Made by a program: the position numbers and the translations under genes
Part shown: piece by piece, positions 1 to 8,539 of the stretch
How the letters are laid out: the number at the start of each line of letters is the position of its first letter
Numbering within the stretch: the stretch's first letter is position 1
Notes under the pieces: generated by a model
What the model was told of the DNA's origin: nothing
Databases searched by the model: none
What the model saw: only the letters and a program-made list of their open reading frames with translations
Assembly: GCA_964444045.1 (NCBI GenBank)
Contig: CAYUFQ010000001.1
Location: forward strand, 1 to 48,697
Source: an uncultured Bacteroides sp.
Lineage (GTDB): Bacteria > Bacteroidota > Bacteroidia > Bacteroidales > Muribaculaceae
Reading direction: 5' to 3'
Length of the DNA: 48,697 bases

Positions 1-467
1 TGGCCGTGGTGCTCTTCTTGCGCCGAGTGATGGAAAACACCGAAATCAAGGTCTACGGCGATAAGCTCGATGCTGCCGCCAACACCGACCTTTCCACCCA
101 CGAGGAGCTGAATCTGGCGCCCGGAGTGCAGGTGTATGAGATTGACGGGCCCTTCTTCTTCGGTGTGGCCACGAAATTCGACGAAATGATGCGCACCACT
201 GTGGGCGAGGTGAAGCCCAAGGTGAGGATTATCCGCATGCGCAAGGTGCCGTTTATCGACTCAACCGGCCTCCACAACCTCGAGATACTCATCCGCTCGA
301 GCCGCTCCGACGGCATCGACGTGGTGCTGTCGGGCGTTCGCGAGGAGGTGCGTGCCGTGCTCCACAAGAGCGCTATCGACTCCCTGATCGGCGCCGACCA
401 TATATGCAACCACATATCCAGCGCCGTGGTCAAGGCAAACAAAATAGCGGAGACGGCCACTGCATGA
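1..467 (+). CDS. SulP-family anion transporter, C-terminal STAS domain (5' end lies outside the window)
   Basis: The reading frame is open from the window edge, so the GTG at 6 is only an artefact of the cut. The translation shows a STAS-like pattern (VYEIDGPFFFGVATKF...RMRKVPFIDSTGLHNLE...VVLSGV). Stop TGA at 465-467. Confidence 0.75.
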   Translation, partial: AVVLFLRRVMENTEIKVYGDKLDAAANTDLSTHEELNLAPGVQVYEIDGPFFFGVATKFDEMMRTTVGEVKPKVRIIRMRKVPFIDSTGLHNLEILIRSSRSDGIDVVLSGVREEVRAVLHKSAIDSLIGADHICNHISSAVVKANKIAETATA

Positions 468-2470
468 GGTGCCGGGGGCTGCATATGATCCTCATTGCGG
501 TGCTGGTGGCCGCGCAGGGCGCGATGGCCCAGCTCAACACCGACCGCATAATCCAGGTGGGGCGCAATGCGCTATACTTTCAGGACTATATGCTTGCCAT
601 ACGCCACTTCAACCGCGTGATCGATAACCGGCCATATCTGGCCGAGCCATACTATCTGCGCGCAATCGCCAAGTATAATCTCGAGGACTATGCCGGGGCG
701 CTGACCGATGCCTCGGCCGCCGTTGAGCTGAATCCGTTCCTGCCCGATGCCTGGGAGGTAAGGGGAGTGGCCAATCACTGCCTTGAAAACTATGCCGCTG
801 CCGTGAGCGACTACTCGCGGGCGCTCGACCTGCTCCCCTACAACCGGCAGATTCTCTTCAACAAGGCGGTGGCTCAGGAGCGCGCCGGAATGTATGCCGA
901 CGCCGACTCCACCTATGCCGCGCTGTTCAGGGCCTATCCGCGCTTCGACGCCGCAAGGGTGGGGCACGCGCAGCTCAACCTGCAGCGGGGCGACACTCTG
1001 GCCGCCCGCGCCGACCTCGGCGCCGCCCTTGAAATCAACCCCAACTCGGTCGAGGCGCTGACCCTGCGCGCCTCGCTGAGCGCCGACGACCCCAAGGCCG
1101 CCCTGGCCGATATGGAGCGCGCCGTGAAGATTCAGCCCGACAGGGCCTATCTGCGCGTCAACAGGGCCGTGGCCCGCTATCTCAACTTCGATTTCAACGG
1201 GGCGCTCGATGATTTCGACTACGTGCTGCAGCAAGACCCGATGAACTACACCGCCCTGTTTAACCGCGCCATGATACGCGCCGAAATCAAGGATAACGAC
1301 CGCGCCCTGCAAGACCTCGACCTGGCTCTGAAGCTGCGCCCTGACGACGTCCGCGCCAAGTTCAACCGCGCCCTGATTCTGTCGGAGAAACATCAGTGGG
1401 ACGATGCGCTGGCCGATGCCGATGCCGTGGTGGCCGCTTATCCCGAAATGTTTGCCGGCTATGCCCTCAGGGCGCAGATTAACCGCCAGGCAGGACGCGA
1501 AAGCGCTGCCGCGGCCGACTATCGCCGCTCAATGCAGATTGCCCGCCGCGACGTGGCTCCCGATGCCTCAGGAGCCTCCGACGGCATGGCGCCCGATGCC
1601 GATGCCGATGCCGCCGACCGCACGGCCGCCACCATCAACCGCTTCAAAACGCTGCAGACCATACAGGACGAATCGGCCACGGCCCAGACCTTCAATGCCG
1701 AGGGGCTGCGCGCAAGGGTGGAGGAGCGCCACGACGCCATCGAGCCGCAGCCGATTTATCAGCTCAGCTACTACACGGCCGATGCCGACGATGAATCCGC
1801 CGTGTTCGACCGCGAAATCAACGCCATCAACTCGGCCCGGATGCTGCCGTTCGTGGTGTTTCTAACCAACAATCTGCCGCAGATGACCCTCGACTCCGAT
1901 GCCTCGCGCCATTTCGAAGACATTCAGCGGCTCGGCGCCCTGGTCAATGCCGGCAACGCATCGCCGCTCGACTATTTTGCGCGCGCCATGGACTACATGA
2001 CCCTCAAGGACTATACTCCTGCCATAGCCGACCTCGACGCGCTGCTGGCGGCGCGGCCCGACTTCGCTCCGGGCTATCTGATGCGCGCTGCCGCCCGCTA
2101 CCGCCTCATGGAGTCGCAGCGCGGCCGGGTGATGATCGGCGCCGACGCGGCGGCCCTCAATTCGGGGCTGGCCATGGACGCTGCCCGGATACGGTCTGAC
2201 CTCGACATGGCGCTGAACTATAATCCGGCCATGGCCGTTGCCGTCTACAACAAGGGGGTGCTGGCCATGCAGGCCGGCGATTACGATGAGGCGTCGGCCG
2301 ACTTTACCCGCGCCATCAGCCTGAATCCCGACCTGGGGGCGGCCTACTTCAACCGCGGATTCATCCACTTCAGCCGCGGCAACCGCGATGATGCCGAGCG
2401 CGACGTTTCGCGTGCCGGCCAGCTCGGCGTGCGCGCAGCCTATTCGCTGCTGCGCCGCATGAAAGAGTAA
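464..2470 (+). CDS. secreted tetratricopeptide (TPR) repeat protein
   Basis: The ATG at 464 overlaps the upstream stop (ATGA). The N-terminus MRCRGLHMILIAVLVAAQGAMAQ looks like a signal peptide. The body consists of repeated ~34-aa TPR-like units (A..Y..AL.L.P...A...RG). The track start at 404 lies inside the upstream gene. Confidence 0.8.
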   Translation: MRCRGLHMILIAVLVAAQGAMAQLNTDRIIQVGRNALYFQDYMLAIRHFNRVIDNRPYLAEPYYLRAIAKYNLEDYAGALTDASAAVELNPFLPDAWEVRGVANHCLENYAAAVSDYSRALDLLPYNRQILFNKAVAQERAGMYADADSTYAALFRAYPRFDAARVGHAQLNLQRGDTLAARADLGAALEINPNSVEALTLRASLSADDPKAALADMERAVKIQPDRAYLRVNRAVARYLNFDFNGALDDFDYVLQQDPMNYTALFNRAMIRAEIKDNDRALQDLDLALKLRPDDVRAKFNRALILSEKHQWDDALADADAVVAAYPEMFAGYALRAQINRQAGRESAAAADYRRSMQIARRDVAPDASGASDGMAPDADADAADRTAATINRFKTLQTIQDESATAQTFNAEGLRARVEERHDAIEPQPIYQLSYYTADADDESAVFDREINAINSARMLPFVVFLTNNLPQMTLDSDASRHFEDIQRLGALVNAGNASPLDYFARAMDYMTLKDYTPAIADLDALLAARPDFAPGYLMRAAARYRLMESQRGRVMIGADAAALNSGLAMDAARIRSDLDMALNYNPAMAVAVYNKGVLAMQAGDYDEASADFTRAISLNPDLGAAYFNRGFIHFSRGNRDDAERDVSRAGQLGVRAAYSLLRRMKE

Positions 2471-2497
2471 GCGGGCGGCATCTCCTGCCCTGATTCC

Positions 2498-3730
2498 TTA
2501 TTTGCTGCGGCGCCTGCGCTGCCGGCCGCCCCTGCGGCGTCGGCGTTTCGTCGGCGTTTCATCCCCGTCTTTCTTCTTATCCTTGCCCGTGTTGTAGGCC
2601 GACATCCCTTTTGCCTCGAGCTCCGCGCAGGCCCGGCGCAGCGCCTGCGCCGCGTCGGGGGCTCCGAGGGCGGTCATGAACTCAACCAGCAGCTCCATGC
2701 GCTGCGGCGTGCCGGCCAGATTCTGCATGGCGCGCACATAGCGCGGATTTGCCAGATTGGCCTTGTCAACTCCTGAATAAAGCACCAGAAACACCACGTC
2801 GCTCACTATCGGGCGGTCAAACCTCAGCGTCTGCATGATGCCGCGGGTGGTCTTGGCCGCCTCGGCCGCCTTTGGTGCCAGGCTGATAAAGAGCGATGCC
2901 AGCCTCATGCGGGTGGGGGCGTCGGGCCGGTTGGCTATAACCTGGCGCAGGCGGCCTATGGCCACATTCCAGCTCTTTCGGTCGCCGGCCATGCGGCTCA
3001 TCTCCGGAATCATCACGGCCAGCGCCCCGGTTGAGCGCAGCGTCTCCATGATTCCGGCGGGGTCGGGTCCGTTGAGCATCTTGCACAGCTCGGAGTGCAC
3101 CCGCTCGCGGCTCACTATCTCTATGCGGTGAATGTGGCGCAGCAGCGCCTCCATCACCGGCGGGTCAATGGTCCAGCCGAAGCGGTTGGCAAAGCGCAGG
3201 CCGCGGAGAATGCGCACCGGGTCGTCGTTGAAGGTCTCGTCGGGGTCCATCGGCGTGCGCAGCAGGCCGGCCTTCATGTCGGCTATGCCCAGGCCGGTAA
3301 TGTCAACCATCTCGCGCCGCGTAATGTCGTAATAGAGCGAATTGACCGTGAAGTCGCGTCGGAAGCAGTCTTCCTCAATCGTGCCGAAGGCCACTTCGGG
3401 GCATCGCGACGTTTCGCGCGTGTATTGCTCGCGCCGGGTCTGCACCAGCTCAATCTCGTCGTCGCGAAAGCGGCGCAGACGCAGTTTCGCCGTGCCGTAT
3501 TTGATAAAGAATACGGGGCGTCCGGTGGTCAGGCGCTTGTTTTGCAGCCAGCGCGCAAACTTCACTCCTCCCATCGGCAGGTCAACGGCCAGGTCGAGGT
3601 CTTTAATCTCAAAGCCCATGAGCTCATCGCGGCAACAACCGCCAACGGCGAAGACGTGGCCCTCCCATTGGGTGCCCTCGATGAGGTCGCGAATCCATTC
3701 GCATATTACGTGATAGAGCTTTGTAGTCAT
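2498..3730 (-). CDS. cca: CCA-adding enzyme / poly(A) polymerase-family tRNA nucleotidyltransferase with an Arg/Lys-rich C-terminal tail
   Basis: ATG at 3730. The nucleotidyltransferase head motif is present (VFAVGGCCRDELMG...KDLDLAV, RRDFTVNSLYY, DPVRILRGLRFA). The C-terminus is KRRRRRGGRQRRRRSK. Confidence 0.75.
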   Translation of the reverse strand: MTTKLYHVICEWIRDLIEGTQWEGHVFAVGGCCRDELMGFEIKDLDLAVDLPMGGVKFARWLQNKRLTTGRPVFFIKYGTAKLRLRRFRDDEIELVQTRREQYTRETSRCPEVAFGTIEEDCFRRDFTVNSLYYDITRREMVDITGLGIADMKAGLLRTPMDPDETFNDDPVRILRGLRFANRFGWTIDPPVMEALLRHIHRIEIVSRERVHSELCKMLNGPDPAGIMETLRSTGALAVMIPEMSRMAGDRKSWNVAIGRLRQVIANRPDAPTRMRLASLFISLAPKAAEAAKTTRGIMQTLRFDRPIVSDVVFLVLYSGVDKANLANPRYVRAMQNLAGTPQRMELLVEFMTALGAPDAAQALRRACAELEAKGMSAYNTGKDKKKDGDETPTKRRRRRGGRQRRRRSK

Positions 3731-3740
3731 AATTCAACCG

Positions 3741-3748
3741 CAAAGTTA
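3741..3748 (-). promoter_or_regulatory. Bacteroidota -7 box (TAACTTTG on the minus strand) upstream of cca
   Basis: The plus strand reads caaagtta. The box lies 10 nt upstream of the ATG at 3730. Confidence 0.45.
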
Positions 3749-3804
3749 CGAAAAAATTTTTGAAACGGATTTTTGCACCTCTTTGCGCCACTTTTCCCGG
3801 GTTT

Positions 3805-4032
3805 TCTTGGCGGGGACGGGCGGAATTTTGGGAAATAAAAATAAATCTGTATATTTGCAAATCGGTAAACTCCTTTGAGATTTTTGCAGACATAATGCAA
3901 GTATTTGACAGACTGCCAATTACCCCCCCCTATGCGCGCGTGAGCAGCGTGCGCAGATAGTCTGTACCCCTAAATTCCGACCTAACCACGGCCGTCCGGG
4001 CATCCGCCCGGGCGCCTTCCGTCATGCCCATA
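3805..4032 (+). repeat. copy 1 of a ~229-bp repeated element (promoter plus structured 5' leader) upstream of the T9SS cargo gene
   Basis: It aligns by hand to 7816-8044 at roughly 85% identity. Shared blocks include cggaattttggg..ataaaaataaat.tgtatatttgc, gacagactgc.aattacccccccctatgcgcg.gtgagcagcgtgcgc and ggccgtccgggcatccgcccggg.gccttccgtcatg.ccata. Confidence 0.85.
3827..3857 (+). promoter_or_regulatory. canonical Bacteroidota promoter (-33 TTTG, 19-nt spacer, -7 TATATTTG) inside repeat copy 1
   Basis: TTTG at 3827-3830 and TATATTTG at 3850-3857. It would give a ~215-nt leader before the ATG at 4078. Confidence 0.6.
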
Positions 4033-4077
4033 TCTCAAAAATTAATAAATAATAATAAAATCACTATCAAATTAGCA

Positions 4078-7000
4078 ATGAGAAAAACATTACTTTGTTT
4101 GACTTTTGGCCTGACCGCCTTCCTGGCGGTTCCAAAGGCATCGGCCGAGCATAAGGTCGAGGTGGAGCTTGACAGGGCCGCCTGGACCGTCAGAGGCTGC
4201 TCGGAGCATAATGCAAACAGCGGCGACGGCGGATTCCGTCATATCACGGACGGAAATACTTCGACGTTCTGGCACAGTGAGTACGGCAACAGCAACCATG
4301 ACACGACATGCCCCCACTATTTCGTGATTGACCGCGGCGAGAACGCCTCGGAGGTGCCGTTTTCCACATTCGGTTTTCTGCCGCGTCAAGCCGCCGGCAA
4401 TGGTTTCGTACAGAATTACCGTCTTTATGTACTCGATGACGTTTCGGGCCTCAACGTGGCTGCGGCAGCTGCCAACGGCAGTGCGTCCATCGTGTCTGAC
4501 AATCACGCATCGTTGACAACATTTCTCGAAAACAAGACGCCCACATTGCAGGGAAATCTTGACCGCGTGTATAATGACGCAACCAAACGGACCCTTGTAA
4601 AGGTGGATTTTCCATCGGAGCAGACAGGGCGTTATGTGCTTTTTGTAATCGACAGCACCTCAAGTTCTGCCGGCAATGACCTGCATGCCAATTGTGCGGA
4701 GTTCTATCTTTATTCGTCTATTGATGTTGACTATCCTTACTACATCAGGCTCACTGAGGCAGAAAACACGTATCTTCAGCTCGAATCGAGTTCGAACGGC
4801 ACGAAAGCCGAGGTGTCGACCGAAGTCAAGACGCCGGTGTTTCTCGTTCCCGGTACGGGAGATAATGACGGTAAATTCGCGATAATGAATGCCCAAACCG
4901 GCAAGTATTTTTCGAGCGACACCGGTTGGACCTCAACCTACAACAATAGCAGTATCTACTACTGGAGATTCAGAGAGCTGGACGATGGCAATTTCGTTAT
5001 CGCCCAGAGTGGAAATGCCTCCAACCTTGCAGGCACACAGGCCGATAACATCGTGTGGACCGACAACTACGTTGGCCGCACGCAGAACGGATGGACCGCA
5101 AAGGTGAAGTGGGCGCTCGAGGTATGTAACGACTGGATAATTTCGGCCGATATAAATAATCCCGGATATGTACTGATTAAGAATGTGCGCACTACCGGAC
5201 GCGATGGCGTTACTTATGCCGTGACTCCGGGCAGCAGCGGCCAGCTGGAACTGAAGCTTGACGATGAGCTGAATATCGGCGACCGCTATGATGTGGGAGC
5301 CTTGTGGTATATGCAGCAGGCCGGCGCTGTCGATGCCGAAGGCTATGTGCCTGTCAGAATATATAATGCCTATACCACCGAAGCCATAACCAATCCGGCT
5401 ACCGGCAGCTGGGCAACGTCGGGCGACGACATCATATGGTATCTCAAGAAAAACAGCCAGGGCGACTATAGCGGATTCAATATACTTCATGCCAAAGACC
5501 TAACCGATACGAACGTTGCATGGAATGATTTTCAGGGCTCCGGCACCCGCGTAGGCTATTGGAATGGAAATGATGCCGGTTCTATCTGGTCCGTCGAGCT
5601 GGCTGAAGTGGATAAGGCGGAGGCCACCCTTAATGAAATCAATGCGGCATATGCCGCCGAGCGTAAGGCGTACGTGGACTTAATCAATTCGTATATTGAA
5701 AACGGCATGTTCGCATTCTCGGAGGAGCAGCAGGCCGCATGGACCACCGCAGCAAGCGCAGGCATAAAGAACTCCGATCATTTAAATCAGCTGATGGCTA
5801 CTCTTCACCAGCTGGTTGACGATGCTTTCTCCGGTCAGGTTGCTGACGGTCATAACAGCCACGTGCAGTTCCTGCACGACCAGCGTCCGGTCTACATAGG
5901 CAAGACTTCCGACGGAGTGAGGCGCGGCGGCGATGAGGGCACACGCACCTTTACCCTCAAGAATGCGGAAGATGGCTCGGGCTTCTACATTTTCCATGAG
6001 TACAGCAACCAATACGTGAAACATCCTACCGCTGACAACACAAACATATCGTTGGTGTCGGACCAGAGCGAGGCTTCGATTTATAACTTTGACCTTTCGA
6101 ACGCAAGCAAGGGACTGGTGGGTGTGAAGGTAGTCGGTCCCGAGGGTCATGTCAACAGCAATTGCTACTGGCATAGCAACAGCACCGGCGACGTTACCAA
6201 CGTGGTAAGATGGGTAAAGGGCGACAATTCAGCCTGGTATATCTGCTTTGTCGACGAAGCTCAGGCCGCCACCGAATATCTTGCCGGAGCAATCAATATC
6301 TCGGGCTCTCTGCCTGAATCGAGCGATGAGGTCGGCTTCCTCAAGATCAGCTCGGCTGATGAGGCAAAAGCGGCCCATGAGGCAGCCGTGGCCCTGGCTG
6401 ACGATGCTGTGGCCTCGGAGAAGCGTGCCGCCGCAGATGCAATCTACAGCGCTATGGCCTCGATGGAGGTAGTTCTCAATTATCCCCGGAGTGGCGAAAT
6501 TTACACCATTACCTGCCCTGAAGCGAGCCGCGGCGCCCTGACGGCCAATCTCGATGCCGGCAATCAGTATGTATGGTCAAGCGGCAAATCAGGCTCTAAT
6601 GCCGATGCCAACAAGTGGGCGGTGGTTGAGAAAGATGGCAGGAGTTATCTCTATAACGTTGCCGTCGGCAAGTTTGTCAATGCCTATGGCTTCCTGTCTA
6701 ACTCGAGCAATAAAAGCCTGGAGGGGGTTGCGTATGCATGGATGTTCGGCGACGTGGCCACTGAGGTGACGTTCAACGGCGAAATCTTCACTCAACCCAC
6801 CGACGGCACTACCCGTAAGTTCGTCATCGCCGGCGGCGAGGATACCACCGGCAAGAATCGTCCGGGCATGATGGTGATTGACTGGCTTGACTCACCTATC
6901 CCCGCTATTGCCGGTTTTAGCGATGAGCAAGACGGTTGCGGCTTCAGGTTCGTGAAGGTTGAAGATGCCTCGGAAGAGCTGATGGCCACCATCAACGCCG

Positions 7001-7749
7001 CTCTCAACAATATGGAGGCCGTGGCCGCCGCCACCCTCGAGGCCGCCGAGGCCGCCGTTGCCGACCTGCCCGAGAATCATTCCGACATAGTGAACCACTA
7101 CAGCGGGGAGGGCGTTGCGCTCTTCAATGAGCGGATGGCGCTGATTGATGAGAATGCCGCGGCCGATAAGGCGTATGGCATAAGCCTGCAATCCCTGAAT
7201 GCGCTCACCGGCACCATGAGCCTGGATATGACCGACGGCTTCTGCTATAGCATCGCCTTAGCCGCCGACGGCAAGAAGTATCATGCGTTCTACGGCAAGG
7301 CGTCGACCGATGAGTTCACCCCCGACGAGGGCGATGAAATTGAAAACATCTACAACTGGCGCTGCACTATCGAAGGGAACATAGCCAGCTTCAGGCACGA
7401 GCTCAATAGCGAGAACATCAAGTTCATGCTTGGCGAGGCCGAGCTGTTTACCGTGTCGGCCGGTTCGAAGGCCGGTCAGGTCAAGCTGACTCCGTTTGCC
7501 GAGGCCACCGAGGCTACTGCGCGCCGCGTTGCCGCTCTCAGCGAAGAGGAAGAGGCCGGTGAAGCTGAGCCGGAATACGTGCTTACCTCGATGGGAGAGG
7601 ACGCCGGCCACAAATCCACCACCGCCATCACCGAGATTACGGCTGCGGATGATGCCGTGAAGGTGGTTTATGACCTGCAGGGGCGGCGGTTGGCCACTCC
7701 CGTCAAGGGCATAAATATCATCAACGGCAAGAAAGTCGTTGTTAAATAA
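4078..7749 (+). CDS. large T9SS-secreted surface protein with an N-terminal F5/8 type C (discoidin)-like domain and a C-terminal T9SS sorting domain
   Basis: The ATG at 4078 gives the signal peptide MRKTLLCLTFGLTAFLAVPKASA; the track start at 4024 lies inside the repeated leader. A discoidin-like pattern is present (HITDGNTSTFWHSEYG...HYFVIDRG...YRLYV). The C-terminus VKVVYDLQGRRLATPVKGINIINGKKVVVK matches the T9SS CTD pattern. Confidence 0.8.
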   Translation: MRKTLLCLTFGLTAFLAVPKASAEHKVEVELDRAAWTVRGCSEHNANSGDGGFRHITDGNTSTFWHSEYGNSNHDTTCPHYFVIDRGENASEVPFSTFGFLPRQAAGNGFVQNYRLYVLDDVSGLNVAAAAANGSASIVSDNHASLTTFLENKTPTLQGNLDRVYNDATKRTLVKVDFPSEQTGRYVLFVIDSTSSSAGNDLHANCAEFYLYSSIDVDYPYYIRLTEAENTYLQLESSSNGTKAEVSTEVKTPVFLVPGTGDNDGKFAIMNAQTGKYFSSDTGWTSTYNNSSIYYWRFRELDDGNFVIAQSGNASNLAGTQADNIVWTDNYVGRTQNGWTAKVKWALEVCNDWIISADINNPGYVLIKNVRTTGRDGVTYAVTPGSSGQLELKLDDELNIGDRYDVGALWYMQQAGAVDAEGYVPVRIYNAYTTEAITNPATGSWATSGDDIIWYLKKNSQGDYSGFNILHAKDLTDTNVAWNDFQGSGTRVGYWNGNDAGSIWSVELAEVDKAEATLNEINAAYAAERKAYVDLINSYIENGMFAFSEEQQAAWTTAASAGIKNSDHLNQLMATLHQLVDDAFSGQVADGHNSHVQFLHDQRPVYIGKTSDGVRRGGDEGTRTFTLKNAEDGSGFYIFHEYSNQYVKHPTADNTNISLVSDQSEASIYNFDLSNASKGLVGVKVVGPEGHVNSNCYWHSNSTGDVTNVVRWVKGDNSAWYICFVDEAQAATEYLAGAINISGSLPESSDEVGFLKISSADEAKAAHEAAVALADDAVASEKRAAADAIYSAMASMEVVLNYPRSGEIYTITCPEASRGALTANLDAGNQYVWSSGKSGSNADANKWAVVEKDGRSYLYNVAVGKFVNAYGFLSNSSNKSLEGVAYAWMFGDVATEVTFNGEIFTQPTDGTTRKFVIAGGEDTTGKNRPGMMVIDWLDSPIPAIAGFSDEQDGCGFRFVKVEDASEELMATINAALNNMEAVAAATLEAAEAAVADLPENHSDIVNHYSGEGVALFNERMALIDENAAADKAYGISLQSLNALTGTMSLDMTDGFCYSIALAADGKKYHAFYGKASTDEFTPDEGDEIENIYNWRCTIEGNIASFRHELNSENIKFMLGEAELFTVSAGSKAGQVKLTPFAEATEATARRVAALSEEEEAGEAEPEYVLTSMGEDAGHKSTTAITEITAADDAVKVVYDLQGRRLATPVKGINIINGKKVVVK

Positions 7750-7778
7750 GCAGATAGATTTAGATTGATATGAAAAAG

Positions 7779-7813
7779 AAAGACGGCGGTCCGTGAGGGT
7801 CGCCGTCTTTTTT
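7779..7813 (+). terminator. rho-independent terminator of the T9SS cargo gene
   Basis: A 10-bp stem (aaagacggcg 7779-7788 / cgccgtcttt 7801-7810) with a 12-nt loop, followed by a T-run. Confidence 0.75.
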
Positions 7814-7815
7814 AA

Positions 7816-8044
7816 TCTTGGCGCGGGGCGGGCGGAATTTTGGGGAATAAAAATAAATATGTATATTTGCATATCGGTAAACTCTTTTGGAAATTTTGTA
7901 GAAGCCGTGCAAATGTTTGACAGACTGCTAATTACCCCCCCCTATGCGCGTGTGAGCAGCGTGCGCGGGTAGTCTGTACCCCTAAATTTACGTCTGAATA
8001 TGGCCGTCCGGGCATCCGCCCGGGTGCCTTCCGTCATGTCCATA
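7816..8044 (+). repeat. copy 2 of the ~229-bp promoter/leader element
   Basis: See copy 1. It begins 3 nt after the preceding terminator, so the two cassettes are in tandem. Confidence 0.85.
7839..7869 (+). promoter_or_regulatory. canonical Bacteroidota promoter inside repeat copy 2
   Basis: TTTG at 7839-7842, a 19-nt spacer, then TATATTTG at 7862-7869. The geometry is identical to copy 1. Confidence 0.6.
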
Positions 8045-8134
8045 CTGAAAAAACACATACAATTTTTTTTGACATCAATCTATCTATCAATATTATTGCC
8101 GGAATGACCGCATACAGGTGATAAAGTGAAAAAA

Positions 8135-8199
8135 CAGATTTTAAATTGATATGATGAAAAGACGGCTGTCCGTGATGGATCGCCGTCTGTTTTTTTTTT
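8135..8199 (+). terminator. second copy of the 3' end/terminator segment of the T9SS cassette
   Basis: cagattttaaattgatatgatgaaaagacggctgtccgtgatggatcgccgtctg plus T10 aligns to 7751-7813. The stem is agacggc 8160-8166 / gccgtct 8182-8188, followed by T10 at 8190-8199. Confidence 0.65.
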
Positions 8200-8243
8200 C
8201 ACATTCCGCACGAAATCTACGGTGGGGAGGTGGAGCGGGGGCG

Positions 8244-8251
8244 TAATTTTG
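8244..8251 (+). promoter_or_regulatory. -7 box TAATTTTG upstream of the capsid-like cluster
   Basis: Motif match 36 nt upstream of the ATG at 8288. I saw no clear -33 TTTG. Confidence 0.45.
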
Positions 8252-8287
8252 CAGCGTGTTTTTTAAATAAACCTATAGCAAAGCATT

Positions 8288-8494
8288 ATGGAAAACGAAG
8301 AAGAGAAGAGCCTTGAGCAGCAGCTTGCCGAGGCCGAGGAGCGGGGCTATCGCCGCGGCCTCAATGAGCAGATTGAGCAGAAGATGCATGAGCCGGGAGT
8401 GTGGGAGGGCGCTGAGGCGCCGGCGCCGGCCGAAACGCCACCGGCAGAGTTTCAGATTCTGGGCAATATGCGCGAATCGATATGGGATAGATAA
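8288..8494 (+). CDS. small acidic, predicted helical protein in the position of a phage scaffolding protein
   Basis: 68 aa: MENEEEKSLEQQLAEAEERGYRRGLNEQIEQKM... It is the first gene of the co-oriented cluster. I recognise no family. Confidence 0.5.
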   Translation: MENEEEKSLEQQLAEAEERGYRRGLNEQIEQKMHEPGVWEGAEAPAPAETPPAEFQILGNMRESIWDR

Positions 8495-8539
8495 CTGATT
8501 TATTAACCATTCTTTAATCTTATTTTTTTTTTACACACT

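Noticed and set aside
3624-3960. ORFs 3760..3960 (+) and 3624..3893 (-), and the upstream part of 7258..7872 (-), all overlapping the repeated leader element.
   Set aside because: The two repeat copies differ by indels and frame-breaking changes, and a canonical promoter lies inside them. Conservation is at the nucleotide or structure level, not at the protein level.
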